From contig CAWDOD010000002.1 in assembly GCA_963803805.1 (NCBI GenBank), forward strand, positions 768,001 to 832,000: a stretch of DNA of 64,000 bases, in the 5' to 3' direction. This document shows positions 1 to 9,318 of this stretch, piece by piece. Below the pieces are notes generated by a model. It was not told the DNA's origin and did no database searches. It was given only the letters and a program-made list of their open reading frames with translations. Source of the stretch: an uncultured cyanobacterium. GTDB taxonomy: Bacteria > Cyanobacteriota > Cyanobacteriia > Cyanobacteriales > CAWCAG01. Both the position numbers and the translations under genes were made by a program. The number at the start of each line of letters is the position of its first letter. The stretch's first letter is position 1.

Positions 1-2
1 GG

Positions 3-3000
3 GGGATTGCGGGAGAGGTAGGGCTTAAAGATGTTAGGGCTTTACAAGAAGCGGTGAGTAGCCATAATACCCAGGAAGGTTGGCTAGTTTCTGCTAGACG
101 AGTGAGTCAAGCAGCCCGTAAAGCCATGGAAAAAGGGGAGAATAGTCACTTAGTTTGCTGTACTTTTGATGAATTGTTAGATGAAGATGCTGATTTTACT
201 ACTTATTTAGACTGGTTAGCAGAAGAGGTACAACGGCGTAGTATTGACCGTTTTTATGTTCCTTTGGGTTGCAGGAAAGAAGAAGTTGATCCGGAGACGA
301 AACAGAGATTGGGAGTTAGTTCCTATGGGGAAGAAGATGGTTGGATTGAGGGTTATGTTGATTTGTGGTTAAGTGATCCGGCGAAGGAACACCTTTCGGT
401 GTTAGGGGAGTTTGGTACAGGAAAAACTTGGTTCGCGTTGCATTATGCTTGGGTTGCTTTACAGAAATATCAAGAAGCGAAAGGAAAAGGTTTACCTCGT
501 CCCCGTTTGCCTTTGGTTATTTCTTTGCGGGATTATGCTACGGCTGTGAGTGTAGAGTCTTTATTTTCGGAGTTCTTTTTTCGTAAATACGAAATACCTA
601 TCCCCGGCTACAGTGCCTTTGAACAACTGAACCGCATGGGCAAATTGTTGCTGATTTTTGATGGTTTTGATGAAATGGCCGCCAGGGTAGATCGGCAAAA
701 GATGATTAATAACTTTTGGGAATTGGCTAAGGTGGTTGTTCCCGGTGCGAAAGTTATTCTTACCTGTCGTACCGAACATTTCCCTGAAGCGAAACAGGGT
801 AGGGCTTTGCTTAATGCGGAGTTACGTTCTTCTGTGGCTAACTTAACAGCAGAATCTCCCCAATTTGAGGTTTTAGAATTAAATAAGTTTGATGATGAAC
901 AGATTCGCCAGGTGTTTTCTTTTCAGGCAGAAGAGGCTACGGTGGAAAGGATTATGGGTAATCAGCAACTGCTGGATTTAGCCCGTCGTCCGGTGATGAC
1001 GGATTTGATTTTGGAGGCTTTGCCGGAGATTGAGGAGGGAAAACCTGTGGATATGTCTAGGGTTTATCTCTATGCGGTGCGGCGGAAGATGGAGAGGGAT
1101 ATAAAATCAGAAAGGACTTTTACTTCTTTGGCAGATAAAATGTATTTCCTCTGTGAGTTGGCTTGGGAGATGCTTTCTACTGACCAAATGAGTCTTAATT
1201 ATCGCCTCTTTCCAGAGAGGATTAGGCGCTTGTTTGGGACTACGGTACAGGAGGAGAAGGATTTAGACCACTGGCATTACGACATGATGGGGCAAACTAT
1301 GTTGGTGCGAAACTCTGAGGGGAATTACAGCCCTGCCCATCGTTCTTTATTAGAGTTTTTTGTTGCTTATAAGTTGGCAGCAGAGTTGGGAGTTTTGGCG
1401 GAGGATTTTTTAGATGTGGTGCGGCAGCAGTCAGATTTAGATGAGGGAGTTGCAGCCCAGAGTTATGGTTGGTTTGAGTATTTTCAGCGTCGGAGGAATA
1501 GTGCGGGGGAGATTGTTCCTATTGCTGGGTTGAAAGAGTTTCGTTGTGAGTCTTTGGGGCGTTTGAGAGGAAGTTTAGGACAGAGGCCCCTGGCTAAGGC
1601 AGTTTGGGATTTGTTAGTGCCGATGGTGGATAAGGAGAAAGTGGGGAGGTTATTGGATGTGGTAGAAGGTACGCGGGGCAAGACGGAGGAGGAGGTTGGT
1701 TATGTTGGGGGGAATGCAGCGACGCTTTTGGTTAAGGTTGATAATGGGGCGATTGAAGGTAAAGATTTGAGTGAAACTGTAGTTATTGGAGGGGACTTTG
1801 TTAATGCAAGCTTGCGTGATGTAAATTTTGCGAAAGCAAATCTAGCTAATTCTATTTTTCCAAAAACATTAGGTGCGATTTTAAGTATCGCTTTTAGTCC
1901 CGATGGTAAACTTTTAGCTACAGGTGATGCTAATTGTAATGTTGTTCTTTGGGAGGTTGCTACAGGTAAACAAATCTTACTTTGTCAAGATCACAATGAT
2001 TGGGTAAGTTCAGTGGCTTTTGATTCAACGGGAAAAATTGCTGTTAGTGGTAGTTTTGACAACAATATTAAACTCTGGGATTTATTTACTGGCGAATGTT
2101 TAACAACTCTACAAGGTCATACTAACAGAATTCACTCAGTTGCTATCAGTCCTGACAACAAAATTCTAGCTAGTGGTAGTGCTGATTGTACAGTAAGGTT
2201 ATGGGATCTGGTTACAGGTGCTTGTCTACAAACTTTATCAGAGTATACCAGCATTGTACGTACAGTAGCTTTTAGTCCAGATGGTCAAATGTTAGCCAGT
2301 GGCGGTAGCAATAAACGAATTAAATTTTGGTATTTGCCAGCAAAAGAGTATAGACAAACTTTACAAGGTCACACTGATTTACTCATGACAGTAGCTTTTA
2401 GTCCAGATGGTAGAACTTTAGTTAGTAGCAGCCAAGATGGAACTCTAAAACTATGGAATCTAGAAACTGGAGAATGTATTCAAACATCAGAGGAACATAC
2501 AGATTCGATTAGATGCGTTGCTATTAGTTCTGACAGTAAAACTATCGCCAGTGCAAGCGATGACAACACAGTAAATATCTGGAGTTTGGAAACTGGAGAA
2601 CGTATTCAAACACTAGAGGGACATACAGATTGGGTTAGAGGTGTTACCGTTAGTCCTGACAGTAAAATTATTGCTAGCGGTGGAGAAGATCAAAGCATTA
2701 GATTTTGGAGTAGAAACACTGGAGAATGCCTCAAGATTATACAAGGTCATTCAGGAGGTATTAGAGGAATAGCATTATACCCAGATGGTAAAACAATTAT
2801 TAGTGGTAGTGAAGACAGTGTAGTCAGAATTTGGGATTTTTCTACTGGTAAATGTCTAAAAACTTTGCGTGGACATACCAGTCGTATTAATGATGTAGCT
2901 ATTACTTCAGATGGCAATATTATTGTGACCTGTAGCTATGATAAAACTATTAAGCTATGGGATAAAATAACAGGTAAATGCTTACAAACTTTGCAAGAAC

Positions 3001-3728
3001 ATGAGCGACCAGTTAATTCATTAGCACTTAGTTTAGATGGACAACTTTTAGTTAGTGGTAGTGCAGACAAAACTGTTAAGATATGGGATCTCGCAAAAGG
3101 AGAATGTATCAAGACTTTGCAGGAACATGATGATTGGACTTGGTCTGTAGCAATTAGCCCTGATAATCAATTTGTTGTTAGTTGCAGTGATGACCAGACT
3201 GTGAAAATTTGGGAAGTCTCCTCTGGCAAGTGTTTGTATACTTTGCAATTATGTGTCAAGGGTCTGAGGTCAATAGCTTTTAGCAAAGATGGAAAAGCTT
3301 TAGCAATTGGGACTATTGATTCTGTTATAAAAATTCTAAATTTCAAGACACTTACCTGTTTTAGAAATTTAGAAGGGCATAAGAATAGCATTAAATCAGT
3401 AGCATTTAGTCCAGATGACAAAATTCTTGCCAGTAGTGGTGCAGACCGTATAATTAAATTATGGGATATGCAGACAGGAAAATGCCTCCAAACCTTAACA
3501 GGACATACGAACATAGTACAATCAATAACATTTAACATCGACGGCAAAACTCTAATTAGTGGTAGCTACGACGAAACCATCAAAATCTGGGACGTTGAAA
3601 CAGGGCAATGTCTCAAAACCCTCAGCAACAAACCCTACGCCAACATGAACATCACCGGAGTCAAAGGATTAAGCCCAGAACAAATCAACTCCCTCAAGGC
3701 TTTAGGGGCAGTGGAAAGTGGGCAATAG
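3..3728 (+). CDS. NACHT NTPase + pentapeptide repeat + WD40 repeat protein (bacterial NLR-like); 5' end lies outside the window
   Basis: Frame is open from position 3 (GIAGEVGLKDVRALQEAVS...). Walker A GEFGTGKT, Walker B LLLIFDGFDE, pentapeptide stretch DFVNASLRDVNFAKANLANS, then about 14 GH...WD repeats. Confidence 0.9.
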   Translation, partial: GIAGEVGLKDVRALQEAVSSHNTQEGWLVSARRVSQAARKAMEKGENSHLVCCTFDELLDEDADFTTYLDWLAEEVQRRSIDRFYVPLGCRKEEVDPETKQRLGVSSYGEEDGWIEGYVDLWLSDPAKEHLSVLGEFGTGKTWFALHYAWVALQKYQEAKGKGLPRPRLPLVISLRDYATAVSVESLFSEFFFRKYEIPIPGYSAFEQLNRMGKLLLIFDGFDEMAARVDRQKMINNFWELAKVVVPGAKVILTCRTEHFPEAKQGRALLNAELRSSVANLTAESPQFEVLELNKFDDEQIRQVFSFQAEEATVERIMGNQQLLDLARRPVMTDLILEALPEIEEGKPVDMSRVYLYAVRRKMERDIKSERTFTSLADKMYFLCELAWEMLSTDQMSLNYRLFPERIRRLFGTTVQEEKDLDHWHYDMMGQTMLVRNSEGNYSPAHRSLLEFFVAYKLAAELGVLAEDFLDVVRQQSDLDEGVAAQSYGWFEYFQRRRNSAGEIVPIAGLKEFRCESLGRLRGSLGQRPLAKAVWDLLVPMVDKEKVGRLLDVVEGTRGKTEEEVGYVGGNAATLLVKVDNGAIEGKDLSETVVIGGDFVNASLRDVNFAKANLANSIFPKTLGAILSIAFSPDGKLLATGDANCNVVLWEVATGKQILLCQDHNDWVSSVAFDSTGKIAVSGSFDNNIKLWDLFTGECLTTLQGHTNRIHSVAISPDNKILASGSADCTVRLWDLVTGACLQTLSEYTSIVRTVAFSPDGQMLASGGSNKRIKFWYLPAKEYRQTLQGHTDLLMTVAFSPDGRTLVSSSQDGTLKLWNLETGECIQTSEEHTDSIRCVAISSDSKTIASASDDNTVNIWSLETGERIQTLEGHTDWVRGVTVSPDSKIIASGGEDQSIRFWSRNTGECLKIIQGHSGGIRGIALYPDGKTIISGSEDSVVRIWDFSTGKCLKTLRGHTSRINDVAITSDGNIIVTCSYDKTIKLWDKITGKCLQTLQEHERPVNSLALSLDGQLLVSGSADKTVKIWDLAKGECIKTLQEHDDWTWSVAISPDNQFVVSCSDDQTVKIWEVSSGKCLYTLQLCVKGLRSIAFSKDGKALAIGTIDSVIKILNFKTLTCFRNLEGHKNSIKSVAFSPDDKILASSGADRIIKLWDMQTGKCLQTLTGHTNIVQSITFNIDGKTLISGSYDETIKIWDVETGQCLKTLSNKPYANMNITGVKGLSPEQINSLKALGAVESGQ

Positions 3729-3814
3729 GTAATAGGCACTCTTGCAATAGTATTATTACTTTTTGCACCCTCAGCTTTACTTAGTCTGATTATCCGGATT
3801 TGATATCATTGATT

Positions 3815-3864
3815 AGTCATCTTCAGATGACTTTTGCTATTAGCCTGAAATTTATTTCTAGGCG
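3815..3864 (+). repeat. Cyanobacterial dispersed double-hairpin repeat, copy 1
   Basis: agtcatcttcagatgact hairpin followed by gcctgaaatttatttctaggc; resembles the reverse complement of 3955-4007. Confidence 0.6.
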
Positions 3865-3877
3865 AGATGAAATCTCA

Positions 3878-3946
3878 AAACAGGAGAATGCTTCAAAACT
3901 CTCAGCAACAAATCCTACACCAATGTGAACATCACCAGAGTTAAGA
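3878..3946 (+). pseudogene. Degenerate duplicate of the 3' end of the NACHT-WD40 gene
   Basis: aaacaggagaatgcttcaaaactctcagcaacaaatcctacaccaatgtgaacatcaccagagttaag aligns without gaps to 3598-3666 (aaacagggcaatgtctcaaaaccctcagcaacaaaccctacgccaacatgaacatcaccggagtcaaag). Confidence 0.8.
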
Positions 3947-3954
3947 CTTAGAAA

Positions 3955-4007
3955 CCGCTAGGGATTAAAATCCCCAGCTTACAGCTTAAGTCATCTCAAA
4001 GATGACT
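3955..4007 (-). repeat. Cyanobacterial dispersed double-hairpin repeat, copy 2 (inverted)
   Basis: ctagggattaaaatccccag hairpin plus agtcatctcaaagatgact hairpin; inverted relative to 3815-3864. Confidence 0.6.
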
Positions 4008-4053
4008 CGGAGTCCTTAGACTTCTCACTTGGAGTCTAAACATTGATGAATAG

Positions 4054-4139
4054 GTAGGTTGGGTAGAGCGATTGCAACACCCAACGCACTCGCTCTCACG
4101 CCTTGCTGCTGTTGGATTTTCTCCGTCAATCCAATCTAC
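4054..4139. repeat. GTAG-type REP-like element (inverted pair)
   Basis: Begins GTAGGTTGGG...CCCAAC and ends GTTGGA...CCAATCTAC; a related half copy lies at 29374-29407. Confidence 0.55.
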
Positions 4140-4633
4140 AGTTCATGACTTTTGATCTAGATTTGAGATTAGTTACTGAGGATTTTTGTAGCCCATAAAT
4201 AAGCAAGAAATTATTTTACTAATTCTCTTGGTACTATCTTCTTGACATGATATATTTGATAATGGGGAATATATATTTTCATTCAAAAAATTGCAAATAT
4301 TCCCATTATCTAAAATAATTATACTACGTCAAGGGAAAATAAAAATTGAATTTAGAAAAAGATTTTTTTCGTAATATTTGGAAATGTTTAAATTAGCGAT
4401 CGCAAGCCTTCTACTTCGACTGCCATCCTCCTCAAACATTAGTAGAAAGAGGCTATTGCCTTAAAAATAGTACAAAGTTAGGGTAATCCCTCAACTTAAC
4501 TTCCTACCCCTAACCACTCAAACAACCCAACAGAATAGCATTGCGGCTTAAATGTAGCCAATTTGCCTTGGGGAACATACCTCTATTTACCTTAAGTATG
4601 TACAGTTAATCAACCTTAAAGAGGTATTCAACA

Positions 4634-4789
4634 ATGCTAACCAACCAAAAATCCAGCGTTTGTTTCCCTAAAGCTAGTGTTTGCTTTCCCCAAGCTAGCG
4701 TATGTTTCCCTCAACAAAGCTCTACTAATCAAGCACGTCCGACTGTTTCTCTGGTTCTAGAAGACTTGTCTAAGAGCTTGAAGCGTTAA
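4634..4789 (+). CDS. 51-aa peptide with 3x SVCFP repeats; candidate multi-core RiPP precursor (absent from the ORF track)
   Basis: MLTNQKSSVCFPKASVCFPQASVCFPQQSSTNQARPTVSLVLEDLSKSLKR*. GAGGT RBS at 4621-4625. The SVCFP copies differ only at synonymous third positions. Confidence 0.85.
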   Translation: MLTNQKSSVCFPKASVCFPQASVCFPQQSSTNQARPTVSLVLEDLSKSLKR

Positions 4790-4814
4790 TAACTTTATTG
4801 CGGCTTATTTATAT

Positions 4815-4844
4815 TGTAGGGGCAAGGGGCCCCTTGCCCCTACA
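4815..4844. repeat. Perfect 30-bp palindrome (GTAG REP-like hairpin) between the peptide and methyltransferase genes
   Basis: TGTAGGGGCAAGGGG|CCCCTTGCCCCTACA. Confidence 0.85.
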
Positions 4845-4918
4845 GAACTGGCTATTGCCACGAAATGGAGAAAAAGGACGCTACATATCATTCCCTCATC
4901 CTATCAGGAGGTTAAATA

Positions 4919-5734
4919 GTGAAAAACCCTGCTGGTTCCTACGGTTTTGAATCCTTAGAAACAAGCGCCCAGGAACAAGAAATATGGCGATTAAAGAATC
5001 AAGCAAACACTATTGTTCCTCCTCAAAGCGCTTTTTTGCAACAACTAGGGATTAAACCAGGGATGAAAGTACTAGATCTTGCTTGTGGCTCTGGTGTGAA
5101 TAGTTGCCAAATTGCTAAATTCGTCACTCCAGGAAAAGTAATTGGCGTGGATCTCAGTAAGTCAATTTTGGCTAAAGCAGAACTTATCAAAGCCAGGCAA
5201 GGTATTAATAACGTCGAATTCTACCAAGGAGATGCCTATCAACTTGACTTTCCCGAAGCATCATTTGACTTTGTTTATGTTCGGCTTTTGTTTCAACATC
5301 TTACCCATCCCCTCGAAGTACTCAAAAATATTCATCGAGTTTTGAAACCAGGGGGACTCTTGTGCGTATTAGATATTGATGAAGGTTGGGCAACCCTCTA
5401 TCCTGAACCAGAGTCTTTTACTTTGTATCGCCAAAGTTTTGCTAAAATGCAAAAAAAACTAGGCGGTGACACCTTTGTGGGGCGTAAGCTTGGTAGCTAT
5501 TTACAAAAAACAGCATTAGTCGAGGTAAAAACTCATGTAGAAATTATCTCCAGCGACGATATTGGCTTAGATAATTTTCTTAATCTCCTTTCTTTTGGTA
5601 CTCCTTATAACTCTCAACAAAAATATTTAGCAGAAGTAGCTACTCAAGCAAAAGAAGATGCCTATGCTTTATTGCTTATTCCCTACGCTTGGGCTGGGTT
5701 AGGAATTTTTGTGGTTACTGGACGTAAAGTTTAG
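4919..5734 (+). CDS. Class I SAM-dependent methyltransferase
   Basis: Motif I VLDLACGSG, GVDLS, GDAYQLDFPEASFDFV, RVLKPGG; AGGAGG RBS before the GTG start. Confidence 0.9.
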   Translation: MKNPAGSYGFESLETSAQEQEIWRLKNQANTIVPPQSAFLQQLGIKPGMKVLDLACGSGVNSCQIAKFVTPGKVIGVDLSKSILAKAELIKARQGINNVEFYQGDAYQLDFPEASFDFVYVRLLFQHLTHPLEVLKNIHRVLKPGGLLCVLDIDEGWATLYPEPESFTLYRQSFAKMQKKLGGDTFVGRKLGSYLQKTALVEVKTHVEIISSDDIGLDNFLNLLSFGTPYNSQQKYLAEVATQAKEDAYALLLIPYAWAGLGIFVVTGRKV

Positions 5735-5820
5735 GTGAATTTGAATAGTTTATTCCTTGAATTTAAAAAGGACATCTTGGGAGGTGAGATGTCCTTTAAA
5801 CAGATTTGCAAATTGAAAAT

Positions 5821-5958
5821 TTACTTGAATCCGACTGCTGCTTGCCAAACAAAGGCAAGTAAAAGAAAAAAGAGAGGAATAATTGGTAAAACATCCACTA
5901 AAGGATCGAAAAGAGAATAAGCTTCGGGTAATTTCGCCAATAGCATTGCTACTTCCAT
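5821..5958 (-). CDS. psbK: Photosystem II reaction center protein K (absent from the ORF track)
   Basis: [45 protein letters not shown], 45 aa, downstream of tgt. Confidence 0.97.
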   Translation of the reverse strand: MEVAMLLAKLPEAYSLFDPLVDVLPIIPLFFLLLAFVWQAAVGFK

Positions 5959-6039
5959 ATTATTTTTTTACCTTCCTAAGACAATTTTTAATCATATTTA
6001 AGGAAAATTTTAACATGAGTTGGTTGGCCGCTTCGCGGT

Positions 6040-6076
6040 AAGTCAAAAGGCAAAAATCAAAAGTCAAAAGTCAAAG
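6040..6076. repeat. STRR-like heptamer tandem repeat
   Basis: agtcaaa aggcaaa aatcaaa agtcaaa agtcaaa. Confidence 0.7.
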
Positions 6077-6085
6077 AATTGTTTC

Positions 6086-7198
6086 CTAATCCTCTATACC
6101 CTTTAGCCAATTGCCAAAATCCTCTACAAAACTGCCAGCAATGATCGCTCTTCTGATATCTTCGGTGAAGCGGATTAATTCTCTAACGTTGTGTAAAGAC
6201 AGTAAAATATAACCCAACATTTCCCGCGATCGCACTAGATGATTAAGGTAGGCGCGGGAGAAAGTCTGGCAAGTGTAACAGCTACAAAGGGAATCTAGGG
6301 GAGTAAAATCTTCTCGAAAGCAAGCATTTTTGAGATTCAAACGTTTTCCCCTTACCAAAGCCGTACCATGACGGCCAAAACGTGTGGGAATAACGCAATC
6401 AAACATATCAATTCCGGAAGCAATTCCCTGCACCATTTCTCGATATGTACCTACCCCCATTAAATATCTTGGCTTATGGTCAGGCAAAAGGGGAGCCGTT
6501 GAGCGTACAATCTCATTAATAAGTTCTGGAGGTTCCCCTACACTTACCCCTCCTATAGCATAACCAGGCAAGTCTAGATCTGCTAAATCCTGAGCTGCCT
6601 TTTGGCGCAAATCAGTATAAACTCCCCCTTGTACAATGGCGAATAAAGCCTGTTCCTGGGGGCGTTGGTGGGCTTGGATAGAACGTTTTAACCAACGATA
6701 GGTACGTTCAGTAGCTGCAACCACCTCAGAACGCTCAGCAGGGTAAGGGGGGCATTCATCGAAGGCCATGATAATATCCGCACCAAGGGCATTCTGAATC
6801 TGAATAGAACTTTCTGGAGTGAAGTTAATTATTCTGCCATCTCTAGGAGAGCGAAATTCAACTCCTTGTTCAGTTATTTTCCGTAGTTTGCTAAGACTAA
6901 ATACTTGAAAGCCACCAGAATCAGTTAAAATCGGTTGCCGCCAACCCATGAAGTTGTGGAGTCCCCCCGCTGCTGTGATAATTTTTTCTCCTGGTTGGAG
7001 ATGTAGATGATAAGTATTAGCTAAAATAGTTTGAGCCTGACAATCTTCTAACTGCGCCGGAGTCAAGCCTTTAACTGTTGCCAAGGTTCCCACAGGCATA
7101 AATTTAGGAGTTTCCATGTTGCCATGAGGAGTATGCAACACTCCAGCCCTAGCCTGGGTTTGATGACAATGCCCTTGATGCTGAAAAGAAAATCCCAC
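6086..7198 (-). CDS. tgt: Queuine tRNA-ribosyltransferase
   Basis: [37 protein letters not shown] zinc site. Confidence 0.97.
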   Translation of the reverse strand: MGFSFQHQGHCHQTQARAGVLHTPHGNMETPKFMPVGTLATVKGLTPAQLEDCQAQTILANTYHLHLQPGEKIITAAGGLHNFMGWRQPILTDSGGFQVFSLSKLRKITEQGVEFRSPRDGRIINFTPESSIQIQNALGADIIMAFDECPPYPAERSEVVAATERTYRWLKRSIQAHQRPQEQALFAIVQGGVYTDLRQKAAQDLADLDLPGYAIGGVSVGEPPELINEIVRSTAPLLPDHKPRYLMGVGTYREMVQGIASGIDMFDCVIPTRFGRHGTALVRGKRLNLKNACFREDFTPLDSLCSCYTCQTFSRAYLNHLVRSREMLGYILLSLHNVRELIRFTEDIRRAIIAGSFVEDFGNWLKGIED

Positions 7199-7239
7199 TA
7201 ATTAAATTGCTATCATCATAAATTTGCAAGTTGCAAGTG

Positions 7240-7689
7240 CTAAAAAGGGCAATCATCCTCATCAATCTGCACATCCCATTTAGCAGAGAGAACTTGAGCT
7301 ACCATCGCTTCTAAAGCGTCTACATCAAAATTTTTATTAACTTGCTCTTCTAAGGGACTAGACAGAGGAATTAGCCGCAACTGGCGATTCTCTTGAATTA
7401 GATCAAAGTAAGCTTCTCTATTTTCAGAGCAATGTAATTGTAAATAATCAAAACTTTGTACATTAAGATGAAGAGAGCCATTGGCAATTAAGGTAGATTG
7501 GTGAGGATCGCTAAATATCTCCACCACAAAACCTTCATTTTCAACTTGTAATTTCTCTTCTAAAGTGTGAATATATTTGACACGACCAAGGTTAGTAAGA
7601 AGACGACGCATATCGTCCTTATTAACAATAATGCCGTTATCAACAATACAAGGAGCTGGTAATTGGTGTATGGATTGTTCGTGACTCAT
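7240..7689 (-). CDS. Conserved cyanobacterial hypothetical protein
   Basis: 149-aa ORF with normal composition; no motif recognised. Confidence 0.75.
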   Translation of the reverse strand: MSHEQSIHQLPAPCIVDNGIIVNKDDMRRLLTNLGRVKYIHTLEEKLQVENEGFVVEIFSDPHQSTLIANGSLHLNVQSFDYLQLHCSENREAYFDLIQENRQLRLIPLSSPLEEQVNKNFDVDALEAMVAQVLSAKWDVQIDEDDCPF

Positions 7690-7960
7690 AGGGAAAAGCC
7701 TGTGATGCTTTTGGGGTGTCTAGATTGCAACGCTATTGTTAAGGGAAATTAAGGTGATTAACCTAATTTGTTGCTGATTAACCGAAGCAATAACTGTCAA
7801 GAAAACGACTTAAAGTGAGTTTAACTCTACCAAGGCAGTTCCAGCAACAAAAGATCAATGGCTTGCTATTTAATTTTAGCTAGACTACTAGACGATCTTA
7901 GCCCAAGTATAGGCTGGTGTTGCCATAAATTTTTGCGACTCATTAAATTTTCGATTAAGA

Positions 7961-8752
7961 ATGAAGCAATTTTTGCATCATGAATCAGTAAAATCAAGCA
8001 AGTACGTCCTCAAGTCCTTTTTGGGAGCGATCGCTTTTTATACTTATATACCGTTACCTTCTCAGTGGAAATTGGAATGGCAAAGGATCGCTCGTTTCGC
8101 TCCCCTAATAGGTATGATGATTGGTGGCTTTCTGGGGTTAATTGATCTGGGTTTAAAGCAATTAGCTATGCCTGAGTTAACTCGCAGCGCTTTAATTGTC
8201 GGTATTTGGATTCTCCTCACAGGGGGCTTACACCTAGATGGGGCGATTGACAGTGCCGATGGTTTAGCAGTGTTGGAACCCAAGGAACGGCTAGAAGCGA
8301 TGCAAGACAGTCGTACAGGTGCTTTTGGGGCAATGGCCGCAGTCATAGTCATACTCTTAAAAACGGCTGCTTTGAGCGAAATAACTAACTATCGTTGGTT
8401 AGCTTTGATGGCTTGTGCTGGGTGGGGGCGTTGGGGACAAGTTTGGGCGATCGCTTACTATGATTATCTTAAACCAGAAGGCAAAGGAGCATTTCACAAA
8501 GAGTCGATACAGCTACCTCAAGACCTACTTTTAGGTTTAATTGCCTTAATAGGTTTAAGCGCGACTCAGCTTTATTTTCATCCCCAAGTTTGGCAGCCAC
8601 CTCTAGTAATAATACTCGGTGGGGCGTTAACTACAATAGCTGTAGCTGCCTGGTTTAAACGCCAACTAGGAGGCCATACAGGGGATAGCTATGGTGCAGT
8701 GGTAGAGTGGACAGAAGCTTTACTAATGTGCCTTTTGACCATGGTGTTCTAA
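7961..8752 (+). CDS. cobS: Adenosylcobinamide-GDP ribazoletransferase (cobalamin synthase)
   Basis: TGGLHLDGAIDSADG, MQDSRTGAFG, GGHTGDSYGA; multiple TM segments. Confidence 0.95.
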   Translation: MKQFLHHESVKSSKYVLKSFLGAIAFYTYIPLPSQWKLEWQRIARFAPLIGMMIGGFLGLIDLGLKQLAMPELTRSALIVGIWILLTGGLHLDGAIDSADGLAVLEPKERLEAMQDSRTGAFGAMAAVIVILLKTAALSEITNYRWLALMACAGWGRWGQVWAIAYYDYLKPEGKGAFHKESIQLPQDLLLGLIALIGLSATQLYFHPQVWQPPLVIILGGALTTIAVAAWFKRQLGGHTGDSYGAVVEWTEALLMCLLTMVF

Positions 8753-8764
8753 GGATTTACCCAC

Positions 8765-9301
8765 TTAGTTGCAATCACAAGTTGCTGTACTATCTGTGGG
8801 TCGCAAACGGGTTACTTTAAGAGAGAATGTACCACCACCAGTTTCTCCAAAAGCTTTAACCCGAACAACATATTTGCCTGTTTCTGCAATTCTGGAAAAT
8901 AACAAAGAATTAGTACTACCATCTGGACCATCATCATTTTCTCCTACAGCCGAACCATCATCAGCAATTAAGGTAATGACTGTATCAAACTCTTCAGAAA
9001 TAAGGTCTATAGCAACTTGATCTCCTTTCTGTAAATCTACCAAATAATCTCGAAAAAAACCGCCATCACCTGTAGGGATATCTTTTTCTGAAAGCCGATC
9101 AGAAATTTCATTGCTTTGAGGTATGGGAATAGGGGCATAGCTGCTTTGTGCTTGAGTTGGTTTGATTTTCATTCCCAAGGTTAGGAAGACGGTTCCCATC
9201 AACAAAGTTGAGTACCAGCAGAGATTAGAGGATTTGATCATGGAGAATAATATTAGGTGATACCATTTATCATTAAACATTAAACATTTATCATCGACCA
9301 T
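8765..9301 (-). CDS. Secreted PPC (pre-peptidase C-terminal) domain protein; true start probably downstream of the annotated one
   Basis: GDQVAIDLISEEFD, ENDDGPDGSTNSLL, GKYVVRV. Confidence 0.8.
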   Translation of the reverse strand: MVDDKCLMFNDKWYHLILFSMIKSSNLCWYSTLLMGTVFLTLGMKIKPTQAQSSYAPIPIPQSNEISDRLSEKDIPTGDGGFFRDYLVDLQKGDQVAIDLISEEFDTVITLIADDGSAVGENDDGPDGSTNSLLFSRIAETGKYVVRVKAFGETGGGTFSLKVTRLRPTDSTATCDCN

Positions 9302-9318
9302 AGTTCACTTCACACTAA

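Noticed and set aside
3878-3946. Possible DGR template repeat for the WD40 gene tail
   Set aside because: Mismatches are mostly C/T and G/A transitions, not restricted to adenines, and no reverse transcriptase is in the window.
4652-4714. 21-bp period repeat as a non-coding repeat or mini-CRISPR
   Set aside because: There are no spacers, and the variation is confined to synonymous codon positions, so it is a coding repeat.
5735-5920. 61-aa plus-strand ORF
   Set aside because: Shadow of psbK on the opposite strand.
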